A DNA stretch of 64,000 nucleotides from Felis catus. Taxonomy: Eukaryota. The notes under the pieces are model-generated. The model was given only the letters and a program-made list of their open reading frames with translations. It ran no database searches and was not told the DNA's origin. The position numbers and the translations under genes were made by a program. The stretch spans positions 18,912,001-18,976,000 of the forward strand of contig NC_058368.1 of the NCBI RefSeq assembly GCF_018350175.1. Reading direction: 5' to 3'. Every line of letters starts with the position of its first letter. The stretch's first letter is position 1. This document shows positions 24,712 to 38,470 of this stretch, piece by piece.

Positions 24712-25615
24712 TATTTAATTCAATAGCTGTTTATTCAACACCAGCCTGTGCTAAACATGAAGAAGAAAAGAGCTTCGAGGTGGGGTGCCTGGGTGGCTCA
24801 GTCGGTTAAGCAGCCTACTCTTTTTTTTTTTTTTCTTGTTTTAGTGTTTATTTTAGAGAGAGACAGAGTACCAGTGGGGGAGGGGCAGAGTGGGGGAGGG
24901 GCAGAGAGAGAGAGGGAGACACAGAATCCGAAGCAGGCTCCAGGCTCTGAGCTGTCAGCACAGAGCCCGATGCGGGGTCGAATGCACAAGCTGTGAGATC
25001 ATGACCTGAGCCGAAGTCGGACGCCTAACTGACTGAGCCACCCAGGCACCCCTGCAGTCCCTTCTTAAGCCACTCCCCTATCACTCCATCTTAATCTTTG
25101 TGTCGTGGAAAAAACCTTCTTTCCTACCCTATGTTTTACAGCTTCTTCTTGAATGTCCTCTCCTCACTTCCGACACATACACACACATACACTTCACAAG
25201 GTCTATTCCTAGTTGTTCTTTTTTTTTAAGATGATATTTGTAAGTAATCTCTACACCCAACATGAGGCCTGAACTTACAACCCTGAAGTCAAGACTCACA
25301 CACTCTACCAACGGAGCCAGTGAGGTGTACCCTATTAAGTTTTTAGTTCACAACTTAAACAGGCTTCTAGGAAGTCTTCCACAACTCTCCCCAGCTGCAC
25401 AGTATAGTAAGTGCAAAGTATTTAACCAGCCCTCTTTCGTTTTTAAAAGATCTTTCTAAAGTAATCTCTATACTCAACATGGGGGCTTGAATTCACAACC
25501 CCAAGATCAAGAGTCCCATGCTCCACTGACTGAGCCAGCCAGGCACCCAGAACCAGCCCTCCCTTGATGACATTCTAAGTGGTCTCTCCGGTTTTTCATC
25601 AATCCCAGCAATGCA

Positions 25616-25616
<1 letters not shown>

Positions 25617-25660
<44 letters not shown>
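25617..25660 (+). repeat. (CA)n microsatellite
   Basis: About 21 perfect CA units. Confidence 0.95.
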
Positions 25661-25661
<1 letters not shown>

Positions 25662-26113
25662 ATGTCTTTTTATACTTGTACTAACATCTCTGATAGATCC
25701 ATTTCTAGACGTGAAACTGCTAAGACAAATGTACGTTTCACATTTCAATCAACACTACCCGTTGTTCTCAAGAAGGTGCCATAGAGGACCTGCTTTCTCA
25801 CACTCTTAACAATACTGGATATTGCCAATCTTTTCAATATTTGTTAATATTTTCGTAATATGGCAATAACCACATTGCTAACTTTGCATATCTTTGATTA
25901 TTGATGAGATTGAACATTTTACCATTCTCTTATTTAAAATGCAAGATGTGGGGCACTTGGCTGGCCCAGTTGATTACGTGTCCAACCCTTGATTTTGGCT
26001 CCGGTCATGATCTCATGGTTCGTGAGTTCAAGCCCTGCATTGGCCTCTGTGCTGGCAGCTTGGAGCCTGCTTCAGATTCTGTCTCTCCCTCTCTCTCTGC
26101 CCCACCCCCACTT

Positions 26114-26149
<36 letters not shown>

Positions 26150-26155
26150 AATAAG

Positions 26156-26190
<35 letters not shown>

Positions 26191-26691
26191 AATGCAAGAT
26201 GTGATTACTTTGTCATTATAGATAGAAGGCTATGCTACTGAGAGGAGAAGAAAATTAATCTTTCTACTAAAGAATAAAGGAGATGGGGGTGCCTGGGTGG
26301 CTCAGTAGGTTAAGTGTGTTTGACTCAGGTCATGATCTCACAGTTTGTGGGTTTGAGTCCCATATCAGGTTTTGCACTGGTTCAGAGCCTTTTTGGGATT
26401 CTTGCTCTTTCCTGTCTCTCTGCCCCTGCCCCACTTGCATTTTCTCTCTCTCTCTCTCTCCCAAAATAAATAAATATACTTAAAAAAAAAGAATAAAGGA
26501 GATGGGGCACCTGGGTGGCTCAGTCAGTTGAGACTCTGACTCCTGATTTCGGCTCAGCTCCTGATCTGGGGGTTGTGGGATTGAGCTCCAAGTCGGGCTC
26601 TGTGCTGACAGTGTGGAGCCTGCTTGGGATTCTCTCTCTTCTCTCTCTCTCTCTCTCTCTCTCCCCCTCTGCCCCTCCCCCCCCCCACTTG

Positions 26692-26728
<37 letters not shown>

Positions 26729-26784
<56 letters not shown>

Positions 26785-26786
26785 AA
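26729..26786 (+). repeat. (GAAA)n microsatellite in a SINE tail
   Basis: GAAA array directly after the SINE (CT)n tract. Confidence 0.9.
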
Positions 26787-27029
26787 AGGAACATTTTAGG
26801 AAGGAAAAGCACTTTCCCAACTTTGATACAAACGGCATTCATGCCCAAAGCACCTCTTGGAGCAAGCAGAACATTTTAAACCACATTAAGGCTAACCCAT
26901 ATATATTTGGCCACTCTGCTTCGGAATTATTACTGAAGAGACTGCAAGATCCTATAATTGGTAAATTTTCTGATATGTAAGCTTTACGATCATCAAAGAA
27001 TAAGCTTCCACCCGGTGTGCACATCTTGG

Positions 27030-28160
27030 GTTCTAAATTTTATTCTCCAGTAAGAGAAACCAGGGTTTCTGAAAGAAATGATTGATTCTGGGCTAGGGCA
27101 GGGACAGGATGAGCCTGGAGCATCTTACAGTACCAGACAACAAGGAAATACTTTAAAAGGATGGGAACATGTCAAAAGGACACAAGAGCCAACCCGAGAA
27201 AGCTTCCAAAGGCTAAAGGAAGAACAACTTGAGAAACAAATAAATAATAATGGTGTTAATACTTTGGTTTCTCTTCAGATCAAATAAATATTTTGCCTTT
27301 TACTAAAAAAATAAGAAGTAAATAATAATAGTGTTAGATTATAAGCCATAAAAGAAAACAAATATCCCTAGGTCCATCCTGATGTAAATAATTGAATACA
27401 TAAACGTGAGAGAGAAGGCCAACTCATCTCTCAGAAGAACTGTAACTACTAAATGTAGAAGGAATGAGGAAAATACAGAATCCCCATTAGACCATCTTGC
27501 TTCAGGCTAGACCTCAGATGGCTGTTACAATCAACAGGCAAGAGTTGGCGGAGATAGGATGTTAGCAGTCTCAAAGCACCTCTCCAAGGTAGTTATCATG
27601 ACAAAGAGAAAAATCATAACGTTACAGTTGGCAAACTGGTCAGATCCTACCTTAACCAAGTGATCAAACTTCACTAGTAGTAAGTCATGTTGACATCGTG
27701 TACCCCTAATATGAAGTAACGAGAAGAGTACTTCACCTCTGATATGTTCTTCCTCCGAGCCTGTAACCTCACTCTAACCATGAGAAAAACATTGGACAAA
27801 CTCAAATTGAAGGATATTCTAAAAATGGCTGACAAGTACTCCTCAAAAGAGTCCATGAAAGACAAGCAAAGACTGAGAAACCAGCACGGATTGGAGGAGA
27901 CTAAGAAGACGCAGGAACTAAATGCAACATGGGATCTTGGGTTCTAGGCTGGAACACGAAAAGGACATCACGGGGGGAGGAAATGGTGAAACTCAAGACA
28001 GTCTGTCGCTTAATTGATAGTATTGATCCATGTCCATTTTCTGATTTTGATCGTGAATTATGGTTATATAAAATTCTGACATTGGGAGGAAGCTGGATGA
28101 AGATGTATGTAAACTCTCTATTACTTTAGCAACTTTTCTGTTGGTCTAAAATTATTTTAG
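27030..28160 (+). mobile_element. Old L1 3' UTR (L1MC-like)
   Basis: GATGAGCCTGGAGCATCTT, CCTTAACCAAGTGATCAAA, CTAAATGCAACATGGGATC and CAACTTTTCTG...TCTAAAATTATTT...A-tail, typical of L1MC 3' UTRs. Confidence 0.7.
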
Positions 28161-31009
28161 AAAAAAATAAAAATAAAAATATTAGTTACAAATAAGAATA
28201 AGCCTCATCTGAAGAGTACTTTTCATAGTGCACATTAAAAAAACACATGCTCCTGGGGCACCTGGGTTGGTTCAGTTGGTTCAGCGTCTGACTCTTGATT
28301 TTGGCTCAGGTCATGATCTCATGATGCATGAGTTCGAGCCTTCCATCTGGCTCTACACTGACAGCATGGAGTCTGCTTGAGATTCTCTCTTTCTCTCTCT
28401 CAGCCCCTCCCCACTCTCTCATCGCGTGCTCTCTCTCTCAAAAATAAACATCAAAAAAAAAATCTTATTAAAAAAAAATGCCACATCCTCCTGATCATGG
28501 CTGTGCGGAGGATTTGAATCTTATTCAGAATTTCCCCTAGTACTGGAATGCTCTTTATCTAAACTATGTGCTTTCAAAAAATGCTGAAATGTCTTTTTAA
28601 TTTTGAGACAGAGAGAGAGCGCACGCACAGGGAAGGGGCAAAGAGAGAGGGAGAGAGAAAATCCCAAGCAGGCTGTCAGCGTGGAGCCGGATGCGGGGCT
28701 CGAATCCACAAACCGTGAGATCATGACCTGAGCGGAAATCAAGAGTCAGAGGCTTTTTTAAAAAATTAAAAAAAAAATTTTTTTGATGTTTATTTTTGAG
28801 AGACAGAGTGTGAGGAGGGGAGGGGCAGAGAGTGGGAGACACCAAAACCGAAGCAGGCTCCAGGCTCTGAGCTGTCAGCACAGAGCCCAACATGGGGCTG
28901 GAACTCATGAACCAGGATCATGACCTGAGCTGAAGTTGGCCGCTTAACCACTGAGCCACCCAGGCGTCCTAAGAGTCAGAAGCTTTAACCGACCAAGCCA
29001 CCCAGGCACCCCTCTTCTGTCGTCTTCTGAGTTTATTGAGTCCCTGTTGTTCATTCAGAAAATAATTCTTACCAACTTGAACTAATGTATGACAGAGCGG
29101 ACACGTCCCTGATCTGGGATCTGAGGCTCTTGTTTCCGCTCTGCCATAAATGAACAGCAAAATCACTGGCAGGTTACTCCCTCTGGGCCTCAATTTCCCA
29201 CACCTATCCAGTGGGAGAGTTAGAAGAAGATATTTGTCTTTCTCAACTTGAGAATCCGTGCTTTGTTCTTCATAATTCCCGACTTGGCTTGGCCTTCCCC
29301 TTTGAGTGAGGCTAACAAACTTTGGCCTAGAAGTCACTTGCCAAAATACAAATGCCAGATTGTGGCTCAGTATGTCAACACATTAACCAAAATCTCTTTA
29401 TGTGGCGGAGGTAATCAGAGCCTTAATCTGTAATAGCTCAGAAAGTTTAATACAGAGCTCTCTTTGAAAGATCTTAATCTCATTGAAATCTCTTGATGTG
29501 ACACAGTAATGAATAGCAATGAGCTACTTTCACATGGTGAAATTCGACCCATTCAAATCAGAAAGTTCATTTTCAGACATTGCAGACTCCCTTCCTATGT
29601 AAGCGTTATCAGCAGTCAGAAGTATGGCACACCAACTCCTTTCTTTTCTCTCCGTTCCCTGGTCCCTGTTGGTGACGGTATAGGGGATAGAGACAGACTC
29701 CAAGTCAGAAAAACCAGTGGCCTAAGTCACCGATCTCTGGATTATCACAAAGTGACTAGTCTAGAAGAACAATTTTCCGTGTGCCCATAAGGACACTGGA
29801 AAAGTTACTTCCCTTTCCACTTGCTGTTTCTCACTTACCAGCCCATTTTTAAAATTCTTTTTTCATTGTGGCCACTGTGGCATTTGTTCCACTGAGCTTT
29901 CTGGCTTTAATATTTCCCCCCCTCAATCTGTCCCAAAGAGCCCTACCAATTAGCCTCCAGGAACTCTTTGATTGCACTGTTATGTCCACTCTTTAAACTC
30001 TTTAATGATTTTTCGTCTAAACATTAACTACCATTCCAAAGTTCCTATGTTTGCCGTCATCCCATTGGTACATCTCACTAAACCCTAATGAAGAAATTCC
30101 TATTCCCTTTACTCCAGATTATCCATGTAATTGTTCCTAAAATCTACTCCTAAGGGGTACTGGAAAAATACTTGCGTTTTGGAGTTGCTATCTAAGATTT
30201 AAATCCTGACTGCATCATTTATTGGCAACCTTGGAAATTTTATTAAATTCCTGCAAATGGGCGTAATACCTACCTCAGAAGATGTTCCAAAAATTCAGTG
30301 AGATAATATATGTGAGGGACATCGCACCAGGCCAGTCGGTTGAGAAGGACCCTTCTCTTAATGATGGTAGCCGGGACACTAACCATGATAATGAGGATGG
30401 TAATTACCCAGAGACTCGTATGAACAGAGCAATCCCCTCTACTGACCTCAGTCACCAGACCATACCCTTTCCCCTTTCCTGCACCTTTAGCTAACATGTG
30501 CTCTTTTCCTGGGATGTTATGTGGTCCTCTGTGGCTTGAGAACAGAGCATTCCTCCTTCAAATGTTTGGAGTATCTTTTTATAATTGGATTTCATTTTAT
30601 GCATCCTATTTTATTGTTTTCATTTTATTGCTTTTAATTTTTTAAAGATTTATTTATTTATTTATTTATTTATTCATTCATTCATTCATTTATTTATTTA
30701 GAGTGAGCACGAGCAGGGGTGGGACAGAGACAGGAGGATAAAGAGAATCCCAAGCAGGCTCTGCACTATCAGTTCACGAACTGCAAGATCATGACCTGAG
30801 CCGAAGTCACGAGTCACATGTTTAACGGACCAAGCCACCCAGGCTATTTTTTTTTTTTTTTTTTTTACAGAGAGAGAGTAAGCATGAACTGGGGAGGCAC
30901 AGAGAGAGAGAGGGAGACAGAAGACCCGAAGCAGGCTCTGGGCTCTACCGAGTCAGCCAGGTGCCCCTGGAGTATCTTTATGATGCTCATGGTCTGCACT
31001 TTATCATAC

Positions 31010-31420
31010 AATTTTTATTGTAGTAAGATCTACCCCTTAGCCATTTTAAGTGCCTACCTCAGTGCTATTAAGTACATTCACAATTTACTATCACCGTTAG
31101 CCAGAATTTTTTTTCATCTTCCCAAAAACTCTGTACCCATTAAATAATAACTCTCCACTCCCTCCCTGCTGCAGCCCCTGACAACCACGATTCTACCTTC
31201 TGTCTCTATAAACTTCACTATTGTAGGTATATCACATAAGCGGAAACCTACAGGATGTGACCATTTGTGTCTGGCTTACTTTACTTAGCATAATACCCTC
31301 AAGGTTCGTCCATTCAGCCCTTCTTAGGGCTGAATTCTATTCTATTGGACATATATGTCACATTGTGTTGATCTGTTCACAGACATTTGGATTGTTTCCA
31401 CCTTTTGGCTATTGTCATTT
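31010..31420 (-). mobile_element. L1 3' fragment
   Basis: CTCTGTACCCATTAAATAATAACTC...CAGCCCCTGACAACCACGATTCTACCTTCTGTCTCTAT, typical reverse L1M 3' end. Confidence 0.7.
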
Positions 31421-34400
31421 TATTGAATTTTACATTCGACAGCATTTATTGGAGTATTTTTTTAATTTTTATTTTTTTAATTTTTAATTTTTTTTTTACA
31501 CAGATCTTTTTTTTTTTTAATGTTTATTTATTTTTGAGAGAGACAGAGACAGAATGCGAGTGGGTTAGGGGCAGAGAGAGAGGGAGACACAGAAGCAGAA
31601 GCAGGCCCTAGGCTCTGAGCTGTCAGCACAGAGCCCCATGCGGGGCTCGAACTCACGAACTGTGAGATCATGACCTGAGCCGAAGTTGGACGCTCAACTG
31701 ACTGAGCCACCCAGGCGCCCCTTTAATTTTTATTTTTGAGAGAGAGCGTGCAAGCTGGGGAGAGGCAGAGAGAGAGGGAGACAGAGGACCTGAAGCGGGC
31801 TCTGCACTGACAGCAGAGAGCCTGATGTGGGGCTTGAACTCACAAACCGTGAGATCATGACCTGAGTCGAAGTCAGACGCTCAGCTGAGCCAACCAGGCA
31901 CTCCTACAATCTGCAGCATTTTGTATCTTTATTTTCACACCTGTTATGTTTCATCACACCAATACGCAGAATCCCAGGAAGAGAATTAGGAAAGAATTTT
32001 TATTTTATTTTGGGCCATTTACTCATTTTGTGGCAACCACAAAGACTGGGATTTCTGAGTAGACAACATTAAGTCATGTACCCCCCACTTTTAAAAAAAA
32101 TTTTAATGTTTATTTATTCTTGAGAGAGAGACAGAGCACTAGCAGGGAAAGGGCAGAGAGGGAGAGAGAGGGAGACACAGAATCTGAAGCAGGCTCCAGG
32201 CTTTTTTTTTTTTTTTTTAATGTTTATTTATTTTTGAGAGAGAGAGAGGGAGAGAGAGTGCGAGAGAAGGAGGGACAGAGAGAGAGAGAGACACAGAATC
32301 TGAAGCAGGCTCCAGGCTCCGAGCTGTCAGCACAGAGCCCGATGCGGGGCTCAAACTCACGAACCATGAGATCGTGACCTGAGCTGAAGTTGGACACTCA
32401 ACCAATGGAGCCACCCAGGCGCCCCCAGGCTCCAGGCTTTGAGCTGTCAGCACAGAGCTTGATGTGGGGCTCGAACTCACAAACTGCAAGATCATGACCT
32501 GAGCCAAAGTCGGACACTCGACCGACTGAGCCACCCAGGCACCCCAGCCATCTACCCCTTTTGTTTTCTTTTCCAAAAGAGAAAAAGCATATTCTTCAAA
32601 TATGATGTCAGTGTGATCTATTTTTTTAAAGTGATTAAGAGCAGAAAAAGGATACATAAGGAGTGGATACTTCATGAAAAAAGTAGGGGAGGGAGTAATA
32701 AATAGTGTGTTTCTTCCCTCTCCGAGTTCTAAACCATTCATGAGATACACTATAAAAAGTAGGGCATATGGAGACTGCAGTATTACGTTTACTAGGAATA
32801 AGGCTGATTTTGGAGAATGCAGCTTTTCTCCATTTGCGGGTAGATGGCCTTCTGAATTCTGCACCACAGATTTGGGCCGATCTACCCAGCCACCCACAGA
32901 CAGTGCTGGCCTGACACAGCTCTCTTCCTCCAGGAAGTTACACATTTCAGCAGACGTGCAGTCTGGTTAAATGCTTGTCTTTTATATCCCCGACCCCTTT
33001 CTTGGCCAGGGCATCCATCACGCTGTGCAGCAATGGAATCTTTCTCTCTTCTCCACGAGCACGTGCCATTGTCCATTCTTCTCCTCAACCAAGTGGCTTC
33101 ATTAAGCACCTATTTGGGAGCTAGCAATATGCTAGGTCTTGGGCACAGGCAACTGTGCTGACACAATCTCTATTTACCCTTAAGATCAAGATCGGGAATA
33201 CCGTAAAGGAAGTCAACAGAGTGCTGCGTTGTCTAGACAGGAAGCGGGGAGAGAAGGCTTTCTTGGGAAGTGACTTCTAAGGTGACACTTCAAGGCCAGG
33301 GAGAGCCTCCCTGGTGTATTTACATTCTGGTGTCTAGCAGAGGCCTGGCATATGGCAGAGCTCGGCAATGCTAAACGATGGATGAGTGATAGCCGTAAAG
33401 ACACTTCATACGCTATAAACACCGCGCCCAAGAGTTAACCGTTCTCATTTGCTGATATGGGCAGATCTACTTTTATTCTACATCCCTGGGATACCCAAAC
33501 CGATGTTGAGACAGACCACAGGAAAAAGACATTCATTAAGGATCTGCCCATTTGGACAGAACAGGGCTCCTTCTCACCAGGAGTGAGCCTGGAGCTGTCA
33601 GGTAGAGAACTGAGCCCACAGCCACCAGAGAGGAGGTCCTTGTATCCCAACATCCGCCTGTCCCCATTGCCACCTGCGAAGGTAGGAGTCTACTACACAG
33701 TGATGACGATGGTAATTAAGACTGTTTATGGATCTTGGAGGATGTGAGGACAATACATCATAAATAAAATGAAGTATTCCGTTCCACTGATGGATGGTAA
33801 TGGTAGCAGATGAGACACCGTAAAGGAGCAAGCTGCCAGTCCCAAGCAAATGGTGGATAGCGAATGGTGCACTAAATGTCCTTCCTGACATCAGGGCCCT
33901 GGGGAGGAGGACAGAGAAAGGAGACCGACATTATCTTTGAAGTACACAGGATGCGCCGGTCACTGTGGTGGACGTCGCCTCTTTCGATTCTAACACCTGC
34001 AAGTCCAGCAAGATGGGAATTAGAAGCCTCATTCACAAGGGAGGAAACAGGCTGAGAGATTAAGCCGTGTTCTCAGGATCACAGCTCCTACTGACAAAGC
34101 AGGGATCTGAACTGAAGCTTCTGACTCCAAAGCAGAGAAGAAAACCAAAGAAACGAGAGAAAAGTACAGGATGGGCACTGCAGAATTGTCAACAATTCAG
34201 GAGCTGGCAGCAAAGGAATCATCAGTGCATTTGTTTGCTTCTTTGCTCTCTGAACTGTTCAGTAAATACAGCATACAAAGCTAACTATTTTAGACCAGCT
34301 GTTGCTTTACACTTAACTATTTTTAAAAAATGCCTCCTGTATTTTTATTACATTTTTAAGTATTTATTTATAATTTTTTTAAGTTTATTTATTTTTGACA

Positions 34401-35539
34401 GAGACAGAGTGCAAGCATGAGCTGGGGAGGTGCAGAGAGAGAGAGGGAGACACAGAATCCAAAGCGGGTTCCAGGCTCCGAGCTCTCAGCACAGAGCCGG
34501 ACGCGGGGCTTAAACTCAGGAACCGTGAGATACGTGACCTGAGCTGAAGTACGACTGAGCCACCCAGGTACCCCTAAATATTTATTTTTGAGACAGAAAG
34601 AGCGCATGTGTGCAAGTGGGGGAGGGGAAGAGAAAGAGGGAGAATCTCAAGCAGTGCAGAGCCCAAGGCAGGGGGCGGGGGGGCAAACTCACAAACCGTG
34701 AGATCATGATCTGAGCCAAAATCAAGAGTCGGTCGTTTAACCGACTGAGCCACCCAGGATTCCCTGTTGCCTTCCATTTAAAAGCAACACAGGAACATTA
34801 AACTTGTTATGATTAAAATTAGTACAGGTAAACCACTCTCAGATATATGAAATGCTCCCTTTTAGGGGTACCGTGCCAGAGACCATGACCAAGTGTACTA
34901 TGTTCAACAGGAGCACCCATACTTCATTCTCCATAAAAATACTACTGAAATCTCAGAAAACATTAGTCCTTTCTTTCTTGCGCAGTGAACAGGGTTTTAA
35001 GAGGCTCTAAATTACAAGCGTACTCCAACAGCTGTTTGCTTTTCCTAATACAGGACAAGCTACTTCCCCTTCTCTGCCACCATCACCGATATTCTAGTTC
35101 AAGGAGATATTCAGAGACACAGTGAATTATTCACTTTGCAGAAATTGCTTAGTCCTTGAATTAATATATTCTGGAAAGCAGGTCTGCTTTAGCCCCTATG
35201 ACTCTGTTACTTAGAATGAAATCTTCCTAATTTAATAGTCGATTTGCATACATGTATAAATGCATGGATTTTAAAAGCAACTTTAGGATTAAGAGGATTT
35301 TGTTGTCTTTATTTGCATAATTTAAAGTTGATTACTCAAAGAAATTTTGGATCAATTTTAAGAATGGTAACAAGGCAAGAATCTAAGGACAATACATCCT
35401 TTAGAACCAAGAATCTAAGGATAATACATTCTTTAAAATCAAGTCAGTAAATGGCCAAATAAAGGATGTGTTTAACATCAGTCTCAGCTGCGGACTTATC
35501 ATCTGTATCATCTTTCGCTACTATTGGCTAAGCTCTGCC

Positions 35540-36720
35540 TATCTTCCAGTTATTTACCCATTTCCGTTCATTGCTTAAAATATTATGAAATGTTACATAC
35601 AAAAGAATATTTGTAATATAAATAATATAAAAATAAAGCACAATAAGATGACCACCTGTGAACCTATCATCCAGCTGACTAGACTGTTAGTATTATTGAA
35701 GCTCCCTGTGTGTCCCTCCTCAAGCACATGGACATCTCTCCTGCCTCCCTGCAATACGGTGCTGTGCTCACAATTCCCATGCTTTTTAAATCCAAGTTAT
35801 GGTGTCAGGCAATATATTCAAAATTTGGCTTTTGAATTTTATGTACTTGGACCTGTATTATATGCATTCCTCTCTAACTTATTTTTCACTCAACATAGTT
35901 TCTGAAATCATCCATGTTGATGTGTACAGCTCTATGTTAGTAATTTTCATTTCGGCATAGTGTTACATTGCATAAATAAGCTATAATTTATCAGTTCTCT
36001 AGGCGATGGGCATTTTCTCCACTGTTTTTTATTACTTTGAACAGTTTCTTTTTTTTTCACATTTTTAAAGTAAGCTCCACGCCCAACGTGGGGCTTGAAC
36101 TCACAGCCCCGAGATTAAGAGTTGTATGCTCTTATCGACTCAGCCAACTAGGTGCCCCTACTGGAAACAATATGTACATGCCTCTCAGCACATATCTACA
36201 AGGGTTTCTTTGGGTGTGTACTCCAGGAGAAATTGATTGTTCATAAGGTTATACAATTATACATGTAAAATAAATTTATATACACACAATTGTATGTATT
36301 TATATTATGTATATAACGTATATATACAATTGCTATGTGTAGAATTGTTATATATGTATATTATATGATTCCAAAAGTGGTTGCCAATTTATACCCCCTC
36401 CAACAGTGTATAAATGACATTGCCTTTTAATTTCTCACCCATCTAAAGAGTACACAAATGTTATCGTGATATGGTTTTAATTTGCATTTCCCTGAGTATT
36501 CTTTCATATATTTGTTAGCTATTTATATTTTTTCTTCTATGGAAAGCCTATCTTTGTCTTTTGGCCATATTCTTTTGGTTGATTTGTTTCCTTCTATTTG
36601 ATTTTTAGGAGCTCTTTGTATATTCTATATACAAATTATTTCCTGACTATATGTAAGGTACTTATCTTTATGTTTGATGCTTGTCTTTTCACTCATGGCA
36701 CTGCCTTTTTTAATTAAAAG
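35540..36720 (-). mobile_element. Old L1 (L1ME-like) fragment with SINE insertion
   Basis: TTTTTCACTCAACATAGTTTCTGAAATCATCCATGTTG and GGTTTTAATTTGCATTTCCCTGA motifs. Confidence 0.6.
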
Positions 36721-37956
36721 TTTTTTTTTAAATTTTTTAAATGTTTTTATTTTATTTTTGAGAGAGAGACACAGTGAGAGTAGGGGAGGGGCAGAGAGAG
36801 AGAGAGACACAATCTGAAGCAGGCTCCAGGCTCTGAGCTGTCAGCACAGAGCCCGACATGGGGCTCGAACTCACAGACTACAGATGATGACCTGAGCCGA
36901 AGTCAGACGCCCAACTGACTGAGCCACCCAGGCACCCCTAAAAGTTCTAAATGTTAACAGTTGGGGGGCGCCTGGGTGGCTCAGTTGGTTGAGCATCTGA
37001 CTTCAACTCAAGTCATGATCTCATAGTTTCACGGATTTGAGCCCTGTGTCAGGCTCTGTGCTGACAGTGTGGAGCCTGCTTGATATTCTCCCTCTCTGCC
37101 CCTCCCCTGCTCTCACTCTCTCTCAAAATAAATAAACAAAGTTAAAAATTTTTTTAAACAAATTTATGAATCTTTTCCTTGGAGACTGATTGCTTCCCAT
37201 CGTGGGGGTCGAACTCACAACCCTGAGATCAGGGGTCGCATGCTCAACAGACTGAGCCAGTCAGGTGCTCCTTTTTTCCTATTTATTACGTACTATGTTT
37301 GATTAAAGTCTTTTTTTTTTAAGTTTATTTTATTTTTTTTTATTTTTTTTAACTTTTATTTATTTTTGAGACAGAGAGAGACAGAGCATGAACAGGGGAG
37401 GATCAGAGAGAGAGGGAGACACAGAATCTGAAACAGGCTCCAGGCTCTGAGCGGTCAGCACAGAGCCCGACGTGGGGCTTGAACTCACGGACCGTGAGAT
37501 CATGACCTGAGCCAAAGTCGGACACTTAACCGACTGAGCCACCCAGGCGCCCCAAGTTTATTTATTTTGAGAGAGAGAGCGCATGCACAAGTGGGGAAGG
37601 GACACAGAGAGAAGGAGACAGAATCCCAAGCAGTGCAGAGCCTGATGCGGGGCTCAAACTCCTGAATCGCAAGGATGATGACTTGAGCTGAAGTCTGACG
37701 CTTAACTGACTGAGCCACCCACGGGCCCGTGTTTCATTAAAGTTTTAAGAAGATTGCTTCACAAAGATCCTACATATCTAAGATTTTATTCATTTACACT
37801 TTTGATGCTACTATAAACAGTATCTTCTAAATCACATTTTATCTGTTGCTGGCATGTAGAAATGCAGCTGCAAACTTGCTAAGTTCTATTAGTTCTTGTA
37901 ATTTATAGATTCTTTTTTTCCACAGAATCATACCGACAATTTCGTTTCTCCTCTTC

Positions 37957-38470
37957 TGTATCAATTTTCCACTGGTGTATGACAAATAACGTCAAACTTA
38001 GTGGCTTACAACAACACGCACATTATCTCCCAGTTTCTGTGGGTCACTCAGCTGGGTCTCTCTTCAAAGTTTCACAAGGTTGCAAGCCAGGCGTCAGCTA
38101 GGCTGTGTGCCTCTGCAGAGCTTAGGGTCCTCTTCCACGGTTGTTGGTAGAATTGCTATTGGAGGCTGTAGAACGGAGATCCCCATTTCGTGGCAGGCTG
38201 TCAGCGGGAGGTTGCTCCCAGCTCCTGGTGGCCCTGCAGTTCCCCGCCATGTGGCCCATGCATAGGCCTTTTCACGATATGGCAGCTTCTTCAAAGCCAG
38301 GAGAATTCTCACCCAGTTGGCTAACAAGGAGTCTTACGTAATGTACTATAATCACAAGAGTGACTCATTCTTTCGCTTCTGCCACAGAACATAACCCAAC
38401 GAAGGGAGTCACCTTTACCATAGTCTATTTGCTAGAAGCAAATCTCAGGTTCTCTCCACACTCCACTGTG
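37957..38470 (-). mobile_element. MaLR (MLT1-type) LTR, reverse orientation
   Basis: AAACTTAGTGGCTTACAACAACAC...TTATCTCCCAGTTTCTGTGGGTCA and GGCAGCTTCTTCAAAGCCAG blocks. Confidence 0.65.

Noticed and set aside
32217..32945. Longest ORF in the track (242 aa)
   Set aside because: The C-terminal half is read-through of two nested CanSINEs, and the N-terminal half resembles no protein I know.
36150..36166. Second CTCF-like motif (GTGCCCCTACTGG)
   Set aside because: Formed at a SINE junction and one G short of the core spacing.
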